DNA from: Blasia pusilla
Lineage: Eukaryota
Assembly: GCA_050084515.1 (NCBI GenBank)
Contig: CM114271.1
Coordinates: 17,732,001 to 17,796,000 of the forward strand
Length of the DNA: 64,000 nt
Reading direction: 5' to 3'
The stretch's first letter is position 1. The number at the start of each line of letters is the position of its first letter. A program made the translations under genes and the position numbers. Under the pieces are notes generated by a model, which did no database searches, was not told where the DNA came from, and was given only the letters and a program-made list of their open reading frames with translations. Shown one piece after another: positions 26,005-40,200 of the stretch.

Positions 26005-28722
26005 CCAGGAAATCATGTTGACTCCACCATTCCCCAATCCATTGTAGAAATGGCGGCCCCATGTCCCATCGATTATCATGTGAAGTGCAATTGCGTTCAT
26101 GATCAATGTTCGATCTCCTCACACCTCAATGAACTTGATTGGCATCCTTCTCCTCTCATGTCTGAGCATTATAAAACGTCTTCTCACACTGTCTAGTCAT
26201 GTGGTCGAGCTAAGGAAGTTCACTGTGAACTCTTACCTCTCTACCCAACTATCCTTGTCCTTGAAGATCAAGGGCTGGCTTCCTTGATGGAAGAGGGTCC
26301 TGGGTTGGGTGTGCGTTGTCCAGTGCAGTGGGGGGTCATAATCGTGATAGTAAACAATTGCGCGATCTGTACATCTGCGCCTGGAGTTTGTCTTGGTCAG
26401 TGGGGCTAAACAGCCAATTCAAGTCTCCAAGCTACTCTCATTATGCGGGGAACGCTTATTTCTACCTATGGTGCATTGTTGGGTATTTTCTAGTTTGATT
26501 GGGCATGGTTGTGACCAAGTCTTGTTCAGTTGTTCTCATGTCAAGATTTGGTTTGGGTATAACTCATGTGGATTTAGTACTGCTATGGCGGCTGTCCAAT
26601 GTATAGCCAGAACATCCAGGTGCATGGCAGTCAATTTTTAGCTCCTTAGTGGCCCATTCCGTGTTCTGTACAGAATGGAAAAGGAAGTTTTGTTCACAAA
26701 GTTCGTCTGCCCATGGTTTTAGGTGGGTAATTGTATGAGTTACTCTCTCCATCAATTGTACATGACCCGACAAGATGTTAGTTGGTTGCTTCTGAAGAAA
26801 TAATAAATGTGGCACCAGTCATTCGTGTCGTAGTGTTATTTAAAAGATTCTCTTCCTGAAAGTACGACCCTTGATCTTATTTTGTGTGGCTGGAGTTTTG
26901 TCTGCTTTTTCCTAGGAACTTTTGTTGTGCAATTAGTCTCTCGTTGAGTTGTCCTGCTTTCCTTACTGAGGTAGGTAGGCAAGATAGCAAATGCATGAAC
27001 ATGGCTTAGGCTCATTTGAGGAAGTCACCAAATGGAAGCTTCTTGCGAACTTGTAAGTATCGACTCCTCCCAATATTCCAATGGGAGTATTGGGAGTTAT
27101 AGGCAATTTTTTTCCGTTGCAGGTCACCGGTTTCTGTGCCTACAGTGCATATTCCCTGTTGCCCTGATCTGGATGCCTATGGGTGAAATTTTCTTCAAGT
27201 AAGCAAGATTATTTAAGTTCTGATCTCAAAGTTTGAGTAGAGATGCAGAAATCTTTTTTTGGCCTACCTCCTACTCAATTGTAAAGGAGGCGAAGTTTCC
27301 TGTAGTCCCAGGAGGATCAAAGGCTAGGGGTAGGTTGCTGTTGGAGGACATTAAATCCACTTCAAGGCAACGTCTCCAGCTTATGTGAAGACTCCATCTC
27401 GTATGATAAATAAATGGTTCTATCGATTGAAGAGTTTAGTGTTTATTCCCTCGTCCAGGAGTTCAGTGTTCGAGTTTCATGTTATGGCAAATGCGGTATG
27501 AAATTTGTCCGCTATCCAAGTTGTGGCAGACGATGTTACCATTTGAATTTTCGTGCTCACAGTAAGTGTAGTGGTTAATGCTGCCCAGAATGTGAAGTCT
27601 TCTCTACTTGCCTGTCGCAGGTGGGAATTGCTACTAGCCATCCCCAACTCCAACCTCGCGGAATGATGAAGGCTTGGCCCCACTGGCCAGACAAGATAGT
27701 GCTGGGACTTAATTTAAGTCCGACTACGTGTGTTGTGTGCAATTGATAGCGACGAATGGCGTGTTCTTCAATCATGCATGGCAATTCTGCAGAAGGGCTT
27801 CTTACAAATTTCGGTTGATTGGAATGAGGAATCGATTCACCTGCCTCGGAGCACGGATGTTGCTGGGCTCATGGTTGGCTATATCCCTGGGGAGGCGCAT
27901 ACATCTACCCTAGTATTTGAAGCGAGAAACACACAAAGATGTGCACTTACTCTCCATTAAAACGCAGATGATATCTAACCTCTAGTACTCGCCTTTCACC
28001 TATTGTCCTAAGAGCATTCCTCAAACGGGTGCATGGTCCATGTCCTGTCCTCCCCAACCCTGTATTGACAAGTGCTTTGCGGTAATTACGTCCATAATCG
28101 CATCCAAGTCTTTCCTTGCCTTCCCAATCGCAGTGTGTCTTCACACGTCTTCATAATTAATATTTTTGTGCAACAAAGAAAACTCCCGATCGTTCGCACT
28201 GTTCCCCTACATAGCTAGCGGCGGTCACCGGTAGAGATCTCTCGAAAGAAAAGCATATCATGAAGGGTATTGATATTCGATTCCAAGTGACCTTGGAAAT
28301 CCTGAGTCCAAACATGAAAAGCGATATATATATATATATATCCTCATCGGAAACGGTGTCTCATTCTTGGGACCGCAGGATCTCTGGAACTAGGAGTTTC
28401 ACCGAACTGTTCCATCGTACGAGCTGGGATGATGGAAGCTGCTTCCGTTTTCAGAGAGGACGGGGAAAAGTGGCATTCGATCTGAATGATTCATTGCTTT
28501 GTCTTCTTGCTGTGCTTTCATGATGGATCTTGGAACCCCACACTCCTCATTTCACGCCGTTTGACGTCGGCACTTTCCATGAAGTACTTGCGCGCATAAT
28601 TCCTCTTCACGAAGCCGAAATATTTATTCGTTATTCGTCTTAACTAGAAAGGAAAGAAAGGAATCGCGTTATTATGTGGGTAAGTTTGTACGGGAGAAGC
28701 CAAAGGGGTTATTATATAGATA

Positions 28723-28765
28723 ACTAGTATAATACTTGGGGTGAAAATCACCCCTCATAGCACGG
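28723..28765 (-). mobile_element. Helitron-like 3' terminus
   Basis: Perfect GGGGTGA-aaa-TCACCCC hairpin about 10 nt from a CTAG-T end on the minus strand. Confidence 0.45.
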
Positions 28766-29800
28766 ATTTGTCAATTTAAATTTATTGCCGGAGCACACCA
28801 CAAAGCATACTCCTTAGAAGAAGGGTCCTCAAATAATAAACCAGTCCTCTTTTAATTATATCGATAGGTGTACGGAAGGTTTCACTAATTACGGTAGGTG
28901 TATGGAAGACTTCACTAATTACGATGCCCGTATTATGCATGAAAATTATTAAAAAACAATTTATTTCAAAATTTAAATATAATTTCCATTTTATTAACTT
29001 TGAAAAGAGTAATACCACCCCACTCTCCTAAGTAATTACATTCTCCAATTCAAATTTCAATAGTATTCCACTCCCCTAAGAATTCCACTCCTCCATAAAA
29101 GTTTGGAAAGCCATAGATAGTGTGGTCTTGTGTTTAAGACCATACTAGTAAGGTGCTCGTGCATGATATGGGAAAATAAAAAAGTGTTTGAAGAGGTAGT
29201 GTATAGCCCGTGAAGGGAAGAGATTAATGATGTTTCATATAAATTCAAATGTTTTTCTTGCTGCCATGTTGCCACGTGTCAAGCATAGAGGTGTTTGAGA
29301 ATCAAGAAAGCACTCTCCCATAATAATATAGATTGCCTAGGTACTTCGCCCTAAGCGATTCGGCGGGGTTGGGAGAGGGACAAGATTGACGGGTGGATAT
29401 CGGGAGGTGTTAACGCAAACGAATATCAAGAGCGTCATGGAAGGAAAGAATAGGCGAAGAACGGACGGAATGAGGTTTAGGCTGATGAAACGGAATGTGG
29501 TGAGACGGACGGGAGAGGGTGTGTCTGATCGATAGAATGGAATGTGATGAGGACGGAATAGGGAGGGGTTGGATTCGGGTTGATTGAGGTTAGGGTAAGT
29601 GCGCCGTGCTCTCGCATGTGAAGGGTCTCTCTTCGCTCTCTGTCTTTAGTCTCTCCCGTCCTGCCCTTCGTCTCTTTGGCCTTGTGTTCTCTCTCATCTC
29701 TCCCGCCTCTCACTTGTCTCTCAGGCCTTGCGTTTTCTCTCATCTCTCTTGTTTTCGAGTGCTGGTGTTTTCGCCTCTCCCACTTTTGCTCTTTTGCTCA

Positions 29801-29912
29801 TCTTTGAGTGCTCCCTCATGTCCCACTTTCGTTGTGTCGTCTCTGAGCGATCCCTCCTCTCCCGCTTTCACTCTTTGGTCTCCGAGCGCTCCCTCATGAC
29901 CCACTTTCGCTC
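29801..29912. repeat. Degenerate ~39-bp triple repeat in a CT-rich tract
   Basis: TCT..GAG.G.TCCCTC.T...CC.CTTTC motif occurs three times. Confidence 0.6.
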
Positions 29913-32900
29913 TTCCTTGACAGGTTCTCTGCACATTCGAATTTTTTTTCTATTGCACTTTTGGTTGTTTGATCTTATACGAGAGGTATTGCGTAAAATC
30001 AACTAGGGTTTGTTAACATTATAAAATAGTGAAAGCATCTTTTTGCAATGTGTTGTGTATGGTGTGATTTGTATTGGGTACAACGTGGTTTTCTCAACAG
30101 AAGCAAGATTCGTGGGAAATCACGTTTGGTTTGACTCCTCTTTCTAGAAAAAGGATTAATTGGGTTTCTTATAGTCGGTAATGGGGGAGATAAGAGGACA
30201 ACTAATAGGATTCATGACTTCAAGAATCTTATGAAAGCATCACAACAAAATATGATATCAAAATTAGTATTCACAATCGGATTAAAGAGGAGGGTAAATG
30301 CTACCAATAATGTAGACGATAGGAACTTAATCCCTTGGGTGATTGGGATCACTCCTAAAATCATTTACCTTATAAAAAAAACTCATGTCGATGAAAAGGT
30401 GCATGTGGAGAAGGATCCATATTTGGATATGTCCAAAGTTACCAGCTTCTTAGCCATTCTCAAGATATTAGAGCTCGCGAGTGGAATCCACAATATAATT
30501 TTGTAAGGATATGGTCAACTCGGTGTATTGAGTTGAAGTCCCTTTAATTAAAAGTGGGATAGGATTGAGATTGAAATCACACGTTTGTATGTCTCAATTT
30601 TGCGATTTGGCTCACACATCTTTGTTGAAAGGACGAGGTGTATGCACAATGTACCTAAACCCTTTTTGCCCTCCTCCAATTAATAACAAGAGATTAAAAA
30701 AGGAGAATGATATATATTTGAAAGAGTATATTTTTTTGGGTCCCCAATTTTGTTTGTTAAAATGTTTTAGGATTTATATGATATATGATGGATCTTAGAT
30801 ATGTGTTGATGATAACCGATGTATGTTGGTTGGCAATGCACATTTGCACGACATACCCTTCTATGCATGTTTTTTTACCAAAATCTTTACCACTTAATAG
30901 AGAAATTTGGGGAGTTGATAGTAACAAACATTTTTGAAAATTATTTTCAGATTTCATTCTACTTATGGCAATTTAGAGTAGTAGAGAACTCTAACTACCA
31001 CATATGAGACCTACTGGTCTTAAATTGGAAAAGAATTTAGACGCATAATTGATATAGGCACTTGTTTTTACCTTATGAAAAAACATATATCTTCTTGACA
31101 TAATCTCTGACAACTTCACCAATTTTTATGCCCTTTAACGAAAATTGCATGAAACACTTAATTTTTTAGATGCTTTTTTATTAGTATCCCCAACAAGTAT
31201 CCAAGTTGCATGTGGTTTTCTTGAGCAAATACTCGTGTAAAACTTAAATAATAAAGTAAGAACACCTTCCACATTCTTTCACATATTCAGATGGCTTAAA
31301 TGTCTCATCTAATAAATTAGGGAAAATTTTTTTTCGTAAGGAAATAAAATGAAAACTTCACCACTCACGGCCACTATCAACTTTAGAAATTACTTTATTC
31401 ATCAATGTCTAATTGGTCTAGCAATAGTTAAAATCATAGGTAAGTAAAACAATTGTGGTCAAGAATTACCATATGAACTTTAACTGTTGGCACAAAGCCA
31501 TATGATTTGTATCATATTGTTGTAAGACGAAAAATAATAAAGAATTCCTCTTTTCCTTAAGGGTTAAAAAGGAAAGTCACTAATGATGTGGGAAGTACAA
31601 TTAGAACTTGGAGAGGGAGAAAGCAAAAAATTTAATTATTTGGACGAGTGGAGAATTTTGAAAGTGGGAATAGAGTTTTCTTTAATGTTTCCTCAATAAG
31701 GGATTTAATTGTTTTATAATTGAATAAGATTAGTATACATGAAAGACCCGCCCAAATAATTTAAAAACTAGATGGCAAACTATGTCAATAAGAAATAATA
31801 AAATTATTTACTTTGAACTAGTTTAAAAATATCCAAAATAAAATCTGACATTCATAGATTTGAGAAAATAGGCACTTATCACACAAAGTTTTCCATTCTC
31901 TACTCGTATATAGATTCATGTGTATTATTTCCTTTGGATATGGTGTGTGGCATATCATGGGGCCTATAATGTGGAAGTGTTTGTCACGATGTCCCACTTG
32001 GGGGTCATTTTACCGACTATCCGGGGTTTTAGGTTTCCCCAGACCCCTCTCTCTGGGGACTCGTGGGATCCCAAACAGGTAACTTTTGAGCTACCCCGTT
32101 TTGACGCTCCCAGAGGGTATTTTCCCAAGTACCCTCATGGAATTAAGGCTGTCGCAGGTGAAAAATTGGTTTAAAGCAGGATGCTTTAAAGCTTCCGCCC
32201 CGTCCTCTTCCGGAAGTAGCCAGATGGCTTTCGGGGCCTACGATTCCGGATAACCGATAAAATGACATCCCCTATTATTTCCAAGTGCAGGGGAACCACG
32301 TCTAACTCATGATGGATAATTTCGGAATTCACTATTGCTGACCAGTAGCCCTAATGCGAAGCCCCAATCTCAAGTATGGAAGGTAGATCTTGATGAAGAG
32401 GAAGGGGGGAATTCCTTCATTCTTCGTCGTCAGTCAGTGACAACTTCTTCGAGTGGAGAAGCAATTACACATTTTTTTTTTTCAAGCACGAGAGGGAAAA
32501 CTCGGAAGGCAGCGAAGGCAATGCTCATGGCGCGTGAGACGAATGAGTGAGTCGTTTGTTACCTCATAGATGACCCATAACGTTTACCCCAGAAGCCCAC
32601 TTCGGCACATTCGACATATTCAGCGTATGTCGAGCATATACATGTGAGGCATTGAAACATTTTCTCTGTTTCATGTCCTATGATTTCTATAATGTATCAT
32701 CCCTCGAAAAGAGAAATATTTTTTACACAAATATCCTCAAAATATTATTCCATATGATTTCATACAAGCGTCTTCTAGTTAAAATCAATGGAGGAATGAG
32801 GTAGCGCGACTTGAGTTTGATGTAGAGATTTTTTCATTGAGATGCTAAAATAACATATAGAAGAGAATGGTTTCCAATTCCATTTGAGTGTACTCTTTCT

Positions 32901-33202
32901 TTCTCATTAAGAATTCATCTAGATGACATTCCATCATGTAGAAGCATTAGTATTGTTATTGGAATCAAAGTGGCTGTTGGGGCCATTTATATGATGGTCC
33001 ATTCACATCTTACCAAGCACTATTGTTCATGCTATATTTAAATTAAACAATTGATCCCATAAAATGGGTCATTATTCATGATCTTAATTTGTTACCATTT
33101 GTTTTTTTGTTGTATTTGTAGCCTCATGTGAACCTGTTTTGAGATGCCTTGCACTTGGAAGAAATGCAATTAGAGATGAAAATGGGTCCGATATTATTTG
33201 AG

Positions 33203-33293
33203 ACTAGCATAATATACCTATGCTATGCACGGGTAAAAATCACCGCGAGGGGAACACATCAATTAAGTCCACGACCTCGTAGTCTAAACTAGT
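33203..33293. mobile_element. Short element with Helitron-like CTAG termini at both ends
   Basis: Minus strand: CCCGTGCATAGCATAGG...CTAGT at 33203-33233. Plus strand: ACGAccTCGT hairpin then AAACTAGT at ~33272-33293. Confidence 0.4.
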
Positions 33294-34727
33294 CTATTAA
33301 ATATTGTGGAGGACAAAAAATACAAAAGATTTTTTCAAACCCCGTCCACATATGTTAATTTCAGTCTTCTATTAAATACCATGTTGGGCAGAAAGTACAA
33401 AAGATGTTTTCAAACCCCATCCTCATAGATCCGTAATAAGAGCATTTAAAAAAACAAGTTGTGTGTTAGACCATTTTACTTTCGGTCGCTTAGTATCCAC
33501 AAGACGCTAGTAAGAAAAAATGAAGGGAAGCCTACTATACCATGAGCCCCAGCTAGACCTATTTCAGGCCACAGAGAGATTATTAATTGCGCTAGTCCGA
33601 TTAATTGAGAGTTGTCATCCGTTCGCCACACGCCAAGCGAAGCAGTGTGCGTCTCCTCTCCTCCTATGCGCTATGCGCTCGAGGCGCATTCTCTCTCATG
33701 CTCCCTGGCGTCCAAGATCTTGAGCTCTCTGCGGTTTTCGCTGTGGCTGTCTGGTGGTGAGATCCGAGCTCTGGAGCGCGCGCGTCTGCTGCTGCGAGCG
33801 TTCTCTGCGGGCGGGCTGGCTGCGACGAAGACGTATTGCGATGGCGACAAGGAGGAGCGGAGGCCCGCGCCGGGGCTTGGCGCTGCTATGACGCGATTCG
33901 CCTGCGGTTTATGGAATCCGCAGTCGCGCACTCAGCCGCTCTTTTCGTCGTCTTCAGTCAGTCGTTCGGATTTCGTCGCCGCTTTTGGTACCGGAGTACG
34001 GTGCATGTAAGTGTCGACCTTTCCGTGCGAGCGCGCTCGCTCGCTTCGTTGAGACGACGCTCGATTCGTTCCCGGTTGTCGCTCTTCCGTATTTTGCTTC
34101 CCGGCTTCAGGTTCTCTCACTTCATTAGACATCTTCGCTCCCCTCTCTTGCAAATCTGGCCGCTGGCGGGACGTAGATGCTTCGGTTGCGTGATGCGCTT
34201 TGACAGGATACGCCGAAGAAATCGCCGGGTCCGCTGCGCATACGCGACGTAGACTTCGTGGTCCGGTTACATTTGACACGCTTCTCTAGTCTGTAGAATA
34301 CGAATTCGTGCCCCATCCCCCACGAATGTTGGAAAGGGGGGTTTGGTCGTGGTGCAGCCAAATATGGACATGAATTTTTTGAGATATAGTTTCAATATCA
34401 GATGATGCCACGGCGGTCTTGAAATGACTAACTTCCAAACTCACTCATAGGTTCCACTCAAAATGGTAACGATCCGTGACCATGAGCGTGCCTCCTATTG
34501 AAATGAAAATACTTTGGATTAGGATTTGGATAGAATGAGGATTTGGACATATCAATATATTATATCATGAGGGAAGGTGGTACCAATAACGAATAATAAC
34601 AAGAATTTTATGGACATTTCCGGGTCTCTAACACGGACCCACTCCTGGAGTTCAATATAGACCAGAGTTTAATACCTATAGTAGTGGCCAGCCCTTTTTA
34701 AAATAATTTAAAATATCATAAAGGTTG

Positions 34728-34866
34728 GGCTTATCACCGCTTCGGTTTTAACGCAAGTGAAGTCCTAAGTGGTGAAAAGCATAACTTATCCCATTTAAAT
34801 GGGTAAATGATGTTTATCACCACTTATTTGCTTGTCAAATTTCAGTTAAATCACCAGTGATATGCC
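34728..34866. repeat. Imperfect foldback palindrome (MITE-like)
   Basis: Centre CCCATTT/AAATGGG at 34790-34803. Symmetric arms TAAGTGGTGA/TCACCACTTA and GGCTTATCAC/GTGATATGCC. Confidence 0.75.
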
Positions 34867-37287
34867 TTGATAAGGTTTGACTTGTCTTATCCCTACTACT
34901 TGCTCCATTGGACTAATTTTGACCGGACACACTTATGCTTAAAATGAAAGACAACTACGAACTTCGTAAGTGAAGATGCGTTCGCATGCGCATGAAAAGG
35001 CTTGCAGACTGGATTTTGGTCTACGAAGCGCTCGATGTCTTTGGATGGAACTATTCATAGAAATGATTAATTTTCTTTACTTGGAAAAGGATGAAATTAT
35101 TATCGCAGTGTAAGGTCTCTACACCGGTAATTGTTTTTTGTTAAGTCGGTTGAGGGGAAACATTTTGCTTTTTGCCCCCATAAAAAAATGGCTATTACAA
35201 AGCATGAAGCTACTAGTATGGAATATCAAGTTGTAGAATTCATCCTCACTTAAGCCGCGAGGAAACACTTTGAGGAAATAAACAAGGATTCAATGTCGTA
35301 ATGGACCGAATCGCACACGAAGCGAGACGGCCTACAAACTGATCTCCACTCAGGAGGACACTTCTCAAGTACTCGATCTATTAGGGCGTGTAGAGTGTCG
35401 TCCTCGAAATAACTCAACCTCCATCCGCATAGAGGTCATGTGAGGCAAAAATAGAGTACCTCCAAGTTGATTATTTCACCACAAACCAGGATTCCTACAA
35501 AGTGATAGTCAAATCTCGAACCAAAACCGAATCTTCATCCAGAAGTGTGATGATAACCCTCGATTAGGACCCTAACCTCCAAAAACTCGCAATGGTAATG
35601 CAGTCCCTCCCTGACCCCCCCTCCCTCTCCGTCGTGCGCCGTAAACGAAGAGGGGCCAGGAAAATACGTATACGTACTTTGGTATGACACCAATACGCGT
35701 ATTTTTAGTGGGAGTACGAATACAATATATCGGTAGCTCGAGAGCTCTGCGTCGTCGTCGAGGAGTGGAGAAATGGAATGAGGATGATGAATGAACATGG
35801 TGCAGCGAGAGGATACAGGAGTGAATGATGTTGGATGCAAGTGCAGAACCCTGGAGGCCATAGCCGGATTGTTTGTATGGAGCAGAGGGGTGTCAGACAA
35901 AGCTGATTTCGACGAGATACAGTGTGGAAATCCCTGCACACGGCCGATAAAATTTTTTCCCGTGATGCGTTCACCGCGCTAAATTTCACTGCATACAGTG
36001 GCGCGCGCAGAAAATTGCCGAAGGTTTTGGCGACGACGAATTTGGATGCGGGCTGGTTGGAAATGAGCGAAGGCGTCGCGTGTCAGAGAGCGCTCGTCGC
36101 GTCAGGAGAGCGAACTGCGGGTGCGGAACTCTACGGATAGCTTTCAACCTTAGGGTTCCCGAGGTCTGCCGAGTGAAAATAATCCAGTCCAAAGATTATT
36201 GCAGTGCGGAGTTTTGGTCTGCGAAGCGCTCGATTACACTTCGTCGTAACTCGTAAGACTTGGAGTGCCGTAATAGCATTGCTCACGACAGACCTGAACC
36301 TGCCTGACGTCGTGTTTGTCGATTGTCGTAACACCGTCCGCTGCAATAAATCTGGAGCGCCTTGTGGATGTGGAGGTACAAGTCAGACGGTGTATGTCGG
36401 GTTTCCGTCGAGACGTTATCTGGGACTTGGTTGTCGTGCGGAAAGCACGAGCCCCGATTAAGCGTGTGCGTTTTCTGGTGTATCGCGGAGCTCATGACTG
36501 CCCGAACTGCGTCCGAAACTACAACACTTTCTCTCCCCTTTGCGACGTGTTTAGGTTATGCTTGTGAATCGAAGAGCTCGCACCAGTCTTATCAAGTCGT
36601 CACTCTTCGGGGAACGTGTTGCGTTTATGTCTAGGGTTATCAAGTCACATGGACGAGCTCTCTCATGCTGTCTCTACGACGCCTTGCTACTCCGCGAGAC
36701 CGACATGATGTTGCCCGTTCTCCCAAAGTTGACGAGTATGGGTATCTCATGTGTGTAGGGTGCTTTCTGTGGCTTGCTGTATACTAAGACTAGAAAATGG
36801 GAGACTCACACTTGCCATTGAAGGAGAAAGTTCTGTATGGTGGTGATTTAAGGACGCTGGAAATGTCCAGAAGAACTCTCCGTAGCCCACATTAAAGTTC
36901 CATATTAGATGCAATTTGTTCTTAGCTCAAGTACAGCTTCTCTTGGTCGGAAATGTTATATCAGCTTTTGTTGGGCGAGCGTCGCGAACAAAGAGGAGGC
37001 CTATTTATGTTCGTCGATTACTTTTAAGTGGGAAGCTCGGTCAAGTATTCCGCAGTAGATATCAGAGAATCAAAGCAGCGCTGCTGGGTCACTTCGGGTT
37101 CACTGGCACAAGCTATGGGTGCCGAAGTGGGGAGGAGATTCAGGATGAAGCAATTATGAGTGCAGTGGATGCTAATTACTCGAGCTCCAAGGGAGCTTGC
37201 TGAACTTGTATTCTGCTCGGGAGCTCGAGAGAGTCATTGTTGGGATGAGCGCTGAGCGGGAGGGGGTCCAAAGGGTGATGAGCGGAC

Positions 37288-40200
37288 ATGAGTAGGTTGT
37301 CTTTCAGGCCCCGCCCATTAGACATTCACAAAAAGCTTCCCATCGTCAAGTCAGTCAAGGATCTTGACAGTGATGAAGGCGCAGGGGTTTCCCGTACCGT
37401 GCAACATAACCACATTGCCTTGGACGCCGAAAATGAACTGGTAATTTGCCTTTTCTTTGTCCCGCGTTACTAGTTTGTAAATTACTGAGTGTCTTTGAAA
37501 CGTTTGAATTTCGCACGTTCACCTAAAACTTGTGGATTGGTCAGGTTATTGTTTAGTTTGACCTCAAGGGGTGTTTTGTTCATCTGCAGCTTTATCTAAG
37601 AATTGGATTGTGTTTCCACTCTAAGCTGCAATGAGTTGTGTTCCGTCAATGAAAACTAGTCTCTGATTCTCTGAGCAGATGGTCGTAATATGGATGGTCC
37701 AACAAAATTCAGCTTTCTGAATGTGCTATCTGTAAACTGGGTGCGGAATTTTTTGTGGTGAAATGTGAAATTTCTCGCGGCGGTTACTTTAGTCTGCATT
37801 ACAAGATCACTCTGCTCTTGAATCGCCATAGAATGTGATAACTTGGACACTTGGCAGTTCTTGCTGAGTCTGGAAAATGTGAACACGTCATGAAATGTAG
37901 CAACTGGTGGCTTGTCAGTATTTTATCCTGATAGTGGTCCCTACAAATTGCCACCATTGATATTGTGATTCAACTCATTTTGTGAAACATGTTTAGTCTT
38001 CCTTCCATGTATTTTCTGAGGAATCAAAGTGCTGACTGGTGGATGCCCCTCAGAAGAGGGTTTTTTCCACTATTGAAGTGTCAGTTATAATCAATATGAT
38101 TTCTTTGTGATCTATTTCTACAGCTAGATGAAGCTTGTAGAATCAAAATCTTGTCATCTTCAAGATTTTTGGGAATCAAGCTTGGTGATGGCTCCTTTTC
38201 TTCCTTCTGATTCAGAAAAGCCTATCTACCTCATATGCAAATCTGAAGTGGGCTCTTCCTTACTGTTTGAGAGACCTTAAGCATATTTTTCTCTAAACTG
38301 ATGTTTTAGGTGTATACAACTCCGACAAGACGCGGAGGTGCGGAGATCCCAACACCGAATTTTGAGGTGGTGGATTCATATGAGAGAGACTATACACGCT
38401 CTTTTAATCAGCCTCCATCATATCTTCGTGGTCGGGGAGGTAAGGTTTTGTCTAATGCAGTTGGATCTGATTGTGGTAGGAATGGACAAGACATGTATGA
38501 GGCTGGTGTGGCAAAGGTTTAAGGGTCATTTTGTTACTGAACTGCAATCTTCTGGTCATTTCTCGAGAACATTTGTTGAAGGTACACACAACTTAATTTG
38601 GTTGGTGTGCATGCAGCAAGGACTGAGGCAACAGAGTATGTTGAGTACGATCTGGATGATGAAGATGAAGATTGGCTCTTACAACTCAATGCAGAACGCA
38701 GAATATTGTCCCCTGAAAGGTTTGTGCTGTGTTTTCAAGGATAGTCAGTAGCTTCAAAGTGCCATCTAATCTATGAATTCAATCATTTTCTGCGCCCTGA
38801 TTTTTTGCCAAGAAATCTTCACTTACGTCATCAACACATAATGTGGTAACTTCTATCCACCTTGAATTGAAGTTACTAATTAAGACAATGGACTCTCAGG
38901 TGAAGTATGGCATTTTTTCTGATAAGATTAGTTAAATTGTAAATGATAGCTGTCCAGATAACGTAGGTGAGAAGGAAAGCATTCTTACAAGCAAACAAAG
39001 CATGTCGGGTGATCGGGAAGTATTGTTCTTATGGGTGCTGTGAGCCTAACTTGTAAGCAGTCAAGATTCAGTTGCTTCTGTACTGCATGGTGTCCATACA
39101 TAAAATCCTGCAAGGTCGTTTCTGTGTCCAGGTTTGAGTGGATGCTGTACAAGTTGGAGTTGTTGGATCATAAAGCCCGAGAAAGAACTGGAGGGATCCC
39201 TGTTACCCAGGGAGTGGCTGTACCTGTTCTTCTGCAGCGTGATGTTGCTATTGAGGTATTCCAGATGTCCATACAATCTGCACAACTCAATAACAGACAG
39301 GCTTATTAGTTTGATACCTACTTGCCTGTGTCCTGTTTATTTTGGTTTGGAGGGCTAGAAGAAGACACTGGTTTGATTGGATGCCCTGGCCAGATGTTAT
39401 ATTGGATCTTGTATATCTTATCACTGTGAATCCTGAGTACCTTTGAAGTTTTGAAAAGTGAAGAAGTGCACATCATAACTGCCCTGATGAGTCACAGGTG
39501 GTACTCGTATTGGTTGTTGAATGATGACTTCTATGTAGAAAAAAGGTTTTCTCTGGTATATCTTGGATGCATATCATATTACATTTAGGCAAAGCCTACC
39601 AGGGCAGTGTAGATGTATGCAATTTTAAGTAATATGTAAGAGTTTCTTAGCTGAAGCTTCTGCAGGCAGCAATCGTTGCTACACTTTTCTCCTGTAATGA
39701 CTGTGCTTGTGTAACTATCCCGTTTTGTTGGAGTTTGCAATAATTTCTGTTGAACCATGGCTTTGAGAAAAATGATTATTGGTCATATGTGGGATCTTTG
39801 CAGCTGTCTTTGAATTTGATGGCCCCTTGTACACTATCCTTGTTTGAGGCACAGGATTCATCTATGGGCTATACAGATAGGCTGACTAATTCATTTATTT
39901 GATGGACTTCCGAATGTTGATCAAAATCGAATGTTGTATTTGGCAGTCACTACGAGCTCAGACCAGCAGGCTTGCTGTTCTCACGGCTGTTTACGAGTTC
40001 TGGAAGTCAAAGGTATCTATTTCCTTTGTTGAAGAATTTTTGCTCAGAAACGAGTTTGTGCATTACCTTTCCTTGCAATTCTGGTATTCCAATAGAGTAT
40101 AGCGGCTGTTGGATGTGATGGACTTTAGCAGATGTGTTTGTGAGCAGAGCTCTTAGAGAACTAGGACTCAATGATAAGTGAGACTCTTTATTTGGAAAAC

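Noticed and set aside
27067-27096. Small hairpin CTCCCAATATTCC...GGAGTATTGGGAG
   Set aside because: Too short for a miRNA precursor and without supporting context.
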